From a virus (lineage: Duplodnaviria; Caudoviricetes), in IMG/VR virus record IMGVR_UViG_3300037420_000901, positions 1-36,918 of that record: a DNA stretch of 36,918 nt; one strand, given 5' to 3'. The notes under the pieces are model-generated. The model was not told where the DNA came from. It made no database searches and saw nothing but the letters and a program-made list of their open reading frames with translations. Position 1 is the first letter of the stretch. The number at the start of each line of letters is the position of its first letter. Shown here in pieces: positions 35,236-36,918 of the stretch. The position numbers were made by a program, and so were the translations under genes.

Positions 35236-36120
35236 ATGGCTACTACATTAACATCTAACTTGACTCAAACGATTTTGGACATTTACTCCAAGGAGATTGA
35301 GTTCCAAGCACAACCCGTGCTTCGTTTTGCTCAATTCGCTGTAACTAAGACTGACCTTCAAGCTCAAGCGGGTCTGAAAGTCAAAATGACTATTTACAAC
35401 AACCTGACACTCGGCGGAAAGCTGACGGAGAACACTCCAATCAGCACACAAGCTCTGTCCACAACTCAAAAGGAAATTGAAGTATTTGAGTATGGTAACG
35501 CAATCGCTGTTACTGAACTGTTGCTCCAAGCTTCCTTCGATGACGTAATGGCATCCGGCGCGAAGCTGTTGGGTATGGACTATGCTAAAACTTTGGATAC
35601 GGCTCTCCGTGATTCCGCTTTGGCTTGTACTCAAGTCATCTACGCTGGCGGGAAAACTGCTCGTAACCAAATCCAAGCTACTGACCTCTTTAGCTCGAAA
35701 GAAGTTAAAGACGGCGTAGAAGTACTTTCCACTAACAACGTTGGTAAGTACAACAACGACTACTACGTTTGCTTCATTGCTCCTCACCACGCTCGCGGCG
35801 TTCGTGATGACAGTGAGTTCCAAAACGTAACTGCTTACGGCAAGCAGTATGCGGGCGAAATCGGCCGTATCCATGACGTTATCTTTATCGAAACTACTCA
35901 AATGCCTGTTATCGCTAATGCTGGCGCGGGCGGCGCAGTAGACGTATACCAAGCCTTGATGTTCGGTGAGAACGCATATGGTTTGGCAATCGCACTTCCG
36001 GTTGAAATGCGTGACGGTGGTATCGAAGACTTCGGTCGTGTACACAAGCTTGCTTGGTACGCTATCTTCGGTACTGACATCCTCCAAGATGATAACTTGG
36101 TACGTATCGAAACTGCCTAA
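35236..36120 (+). CDS. Major capsid protein (N4-gp56-like family)
   Basis: QPVLRFAQFA, EYGNAI, GEIGRIHDVIFIETT, DFGR..KLAWY; AGGGAGG RBS; highly biased codon usage. Confidence 0.9.
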   Translation: MATTLTSNLTQTILDIYSKEIEFQAQPVLRFAQFAVTKTDLQAQAGLKVKMTIYNNLTLGGKLTENTPISTQALSTTQKEIEVFEYGNAIAVTELLLQASFDDVMASGAKLLGMDYAKTLDTALRDSALACTQVIYAGGKTARNQIQATDLFSSKEVKDGVEVLSTNNVGKYNNDYYVCFIAPHHARGVRDDSEFQNVTAYGKQYAGEIGRIHDVIFIETTQMPVIANAGAGGAVDVYQALMFGENAYGLAIALPVEMRDGGIEDFGRVHKLAWYAIFGTDILQDDNLVRIETA

Positions 36121-36213
36121 TTTTAACCTAAAGCATTTCCGGCTTAACAGTGGCTTGTTTCCGGGAATGGTTGGACAAGCGACCTACCCTAGACACTGTT
36201 TGGGGTAGGTCTA

Positions 36214-36289
36214 CTTAAGAATCTAAAGGTCATCCTACTTAAGAATCTTAAGGAACAAAATAAAGGTATTAAATAAATAAAACATTGTG
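36214..36289. repeat. Copy 2 of the ~80 bp dispersed intergenic element
   Basis: CTTAAGAATCTAAAGG...CCTACTTAAGAATCTTAAGGAACAA...AAACATTGTG aligns with 15217-15294. Confidence 0.85.
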
Positions 36290-36305
36290 AGAGGGGTGCA
36301 TCTAA

Positions 36306-36470
36306 ATGCAAATTTTCAATGTCGCAGGGCAGCTTATCTCCAAGCTTAAGCGTAATGGCGTTGCTGGAAGTATTGCAGTAGCGGCCGGAGCTAACCCAAC
36401 TAAGGCCGAATTTGATGCTTTGGTAGCCGACTATAACAAACTAGTCGCGGCTCTCAAGGAAAATAAATAA
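36306..36470 (+). CDS. Small head fibre/decoration-like protein (54 aa, not in the ORF track)
   Basis: GAGGGGTG RBS; AAGANPTKAEFDALVADYNKLVAALK resembles the coiled-coil motif of phage head-fibre proteins. Confidence 0.65.
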   Translation: MQIFNVAGQLISKLKRNGVAGSIAVAAGANPTKAEFDALVADYNKLVAALKENK

Positions 36471-36492
36471 TCCACTTTAGGAGGAACTTACG

Positions 36493-36750
36493 ATGAGTGA
36501 CGAACAAAAAGACCTAACTCAAAACTCGGACGCTGATCAAGCAGACGCTAAAACAGCAAAGGCAGATAAAGCCGATAAAGCGGAAAAGAAGCCTACTATC
36601 CTTCAAGAAAAATACGTAACCGTGAAATCCAAAGTTTCCGGCCGTAAATTCGTTGGCGCGGGCTGGCTTACTCTTGTGAAAGATAAAGAGATTCAGGTTA
36701 CAGCAGACCAAAAACGATGCTTGTTGGAAGCGGGCGCAATCTACCTATAA
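36493..36750 (+). CDS. Hypothetical head-associated protein
   Basis: AGGAGG RBS; KAD repeats; position after the MCP. Confidence 0.7.
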   Translation: MSDEQKDLTQNSDADQADAKTAKADKADKAEKKPTILQEKYVTVKSKVSGRKFVGAGWLTLVKDKEIQVTADQKRCLLEAGAIYL

Positions 36751-36764
36751 GGTGGTGAACCCCG

Positions 36765-36918
36765 ATGGCAGACCTAGCGGATATGCTCACGGCTTTGGCG
36801 GAAGATGTTCAACCTTCCAATCCGGCGGCTCAACTTTCTGAATCTCAACTTCTAAGGGCGTTTAACTTCTCTCTAATGAAGTTCGACTCCTCTCTTACCG
36901 TAGACGAATTGGACGATC
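36765..36918 (+). CDS. Partial CDS, probable head-tail adaptor; runs off the window
   Basis: AAGGTGGTG RBS, ATG 36765, frame open to the window end; function from position only. Confidence 0.55.
   Translation, partial: MADLADMLTALAEDVQPSNPAAQLSESQLLRAFNFSLMKFDSSLTVDELDD

Noticed and set aside
35248-36087. 279-aa minus-strand ORF opposite the capsid gene
   Set aside because: Antisense shadow caused by strong codon bias; no RBS or recognisable motif.
36100-36208. Programmed frameshift extending the major capsid protein
   Set aside because: The gene ends GCC-TAA rather than CCC-TAA, there is no slippery heptamer, and the alternative frame stops at 36208 without reaching a domain.
1-36918. tRNA/rRNA genes, integrase, transposase, introns or inteins
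   Set aside because: None recognised by eye; the RNR fragment, terL, portal and MCP appear uninterrupted. A tRNAscan/Infernal run would be needed to exclude small RNAs.

Overview
About 37 kb of a tailed dsDNA phage genome, almost entirely coded on the + strand. The host is probably a spore-forming Bacillota (SigA-type promoters, GGAGG RBS, SpoVS, YyaC-like and SpoVK-like genes, LNLQHFA scaffold motif). Layout: (1) 1-5.8 kb nucleotide metabolism and recombination (RNR C-terminus, Cas4-like nuclease, ThyX, RuvC-like, SpoVS, Tmk, MazG-like). (2) 5.8-16.2 kb 7-deazaguanine DNA-modification genes (QueE, FolE, QueC, DpdA/TGT-like) interleaved with an NDP-sugar pathway (HAD phosphatase, cupin, HldE-like kinase and nucleotidyltransferase, two GT9-like glycosyltransferases, acetyltransferase). 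(3) 16.5-29 kb accessory/early region with a repeated promoter-plus-hairpin module. (4) 29.2 kb to end: terminase, portal, scaffold, major capsid and head genes. The two strongest signals are the putative glycosylated-deazaguanine hypermodification cluster and a 1262-nt transcription unit (27706-28967) whose + strand has no isolated G, every G lying in a run of two or more. These two may be parts of one system. All calls come from motif recognition by eye; no searches were run.
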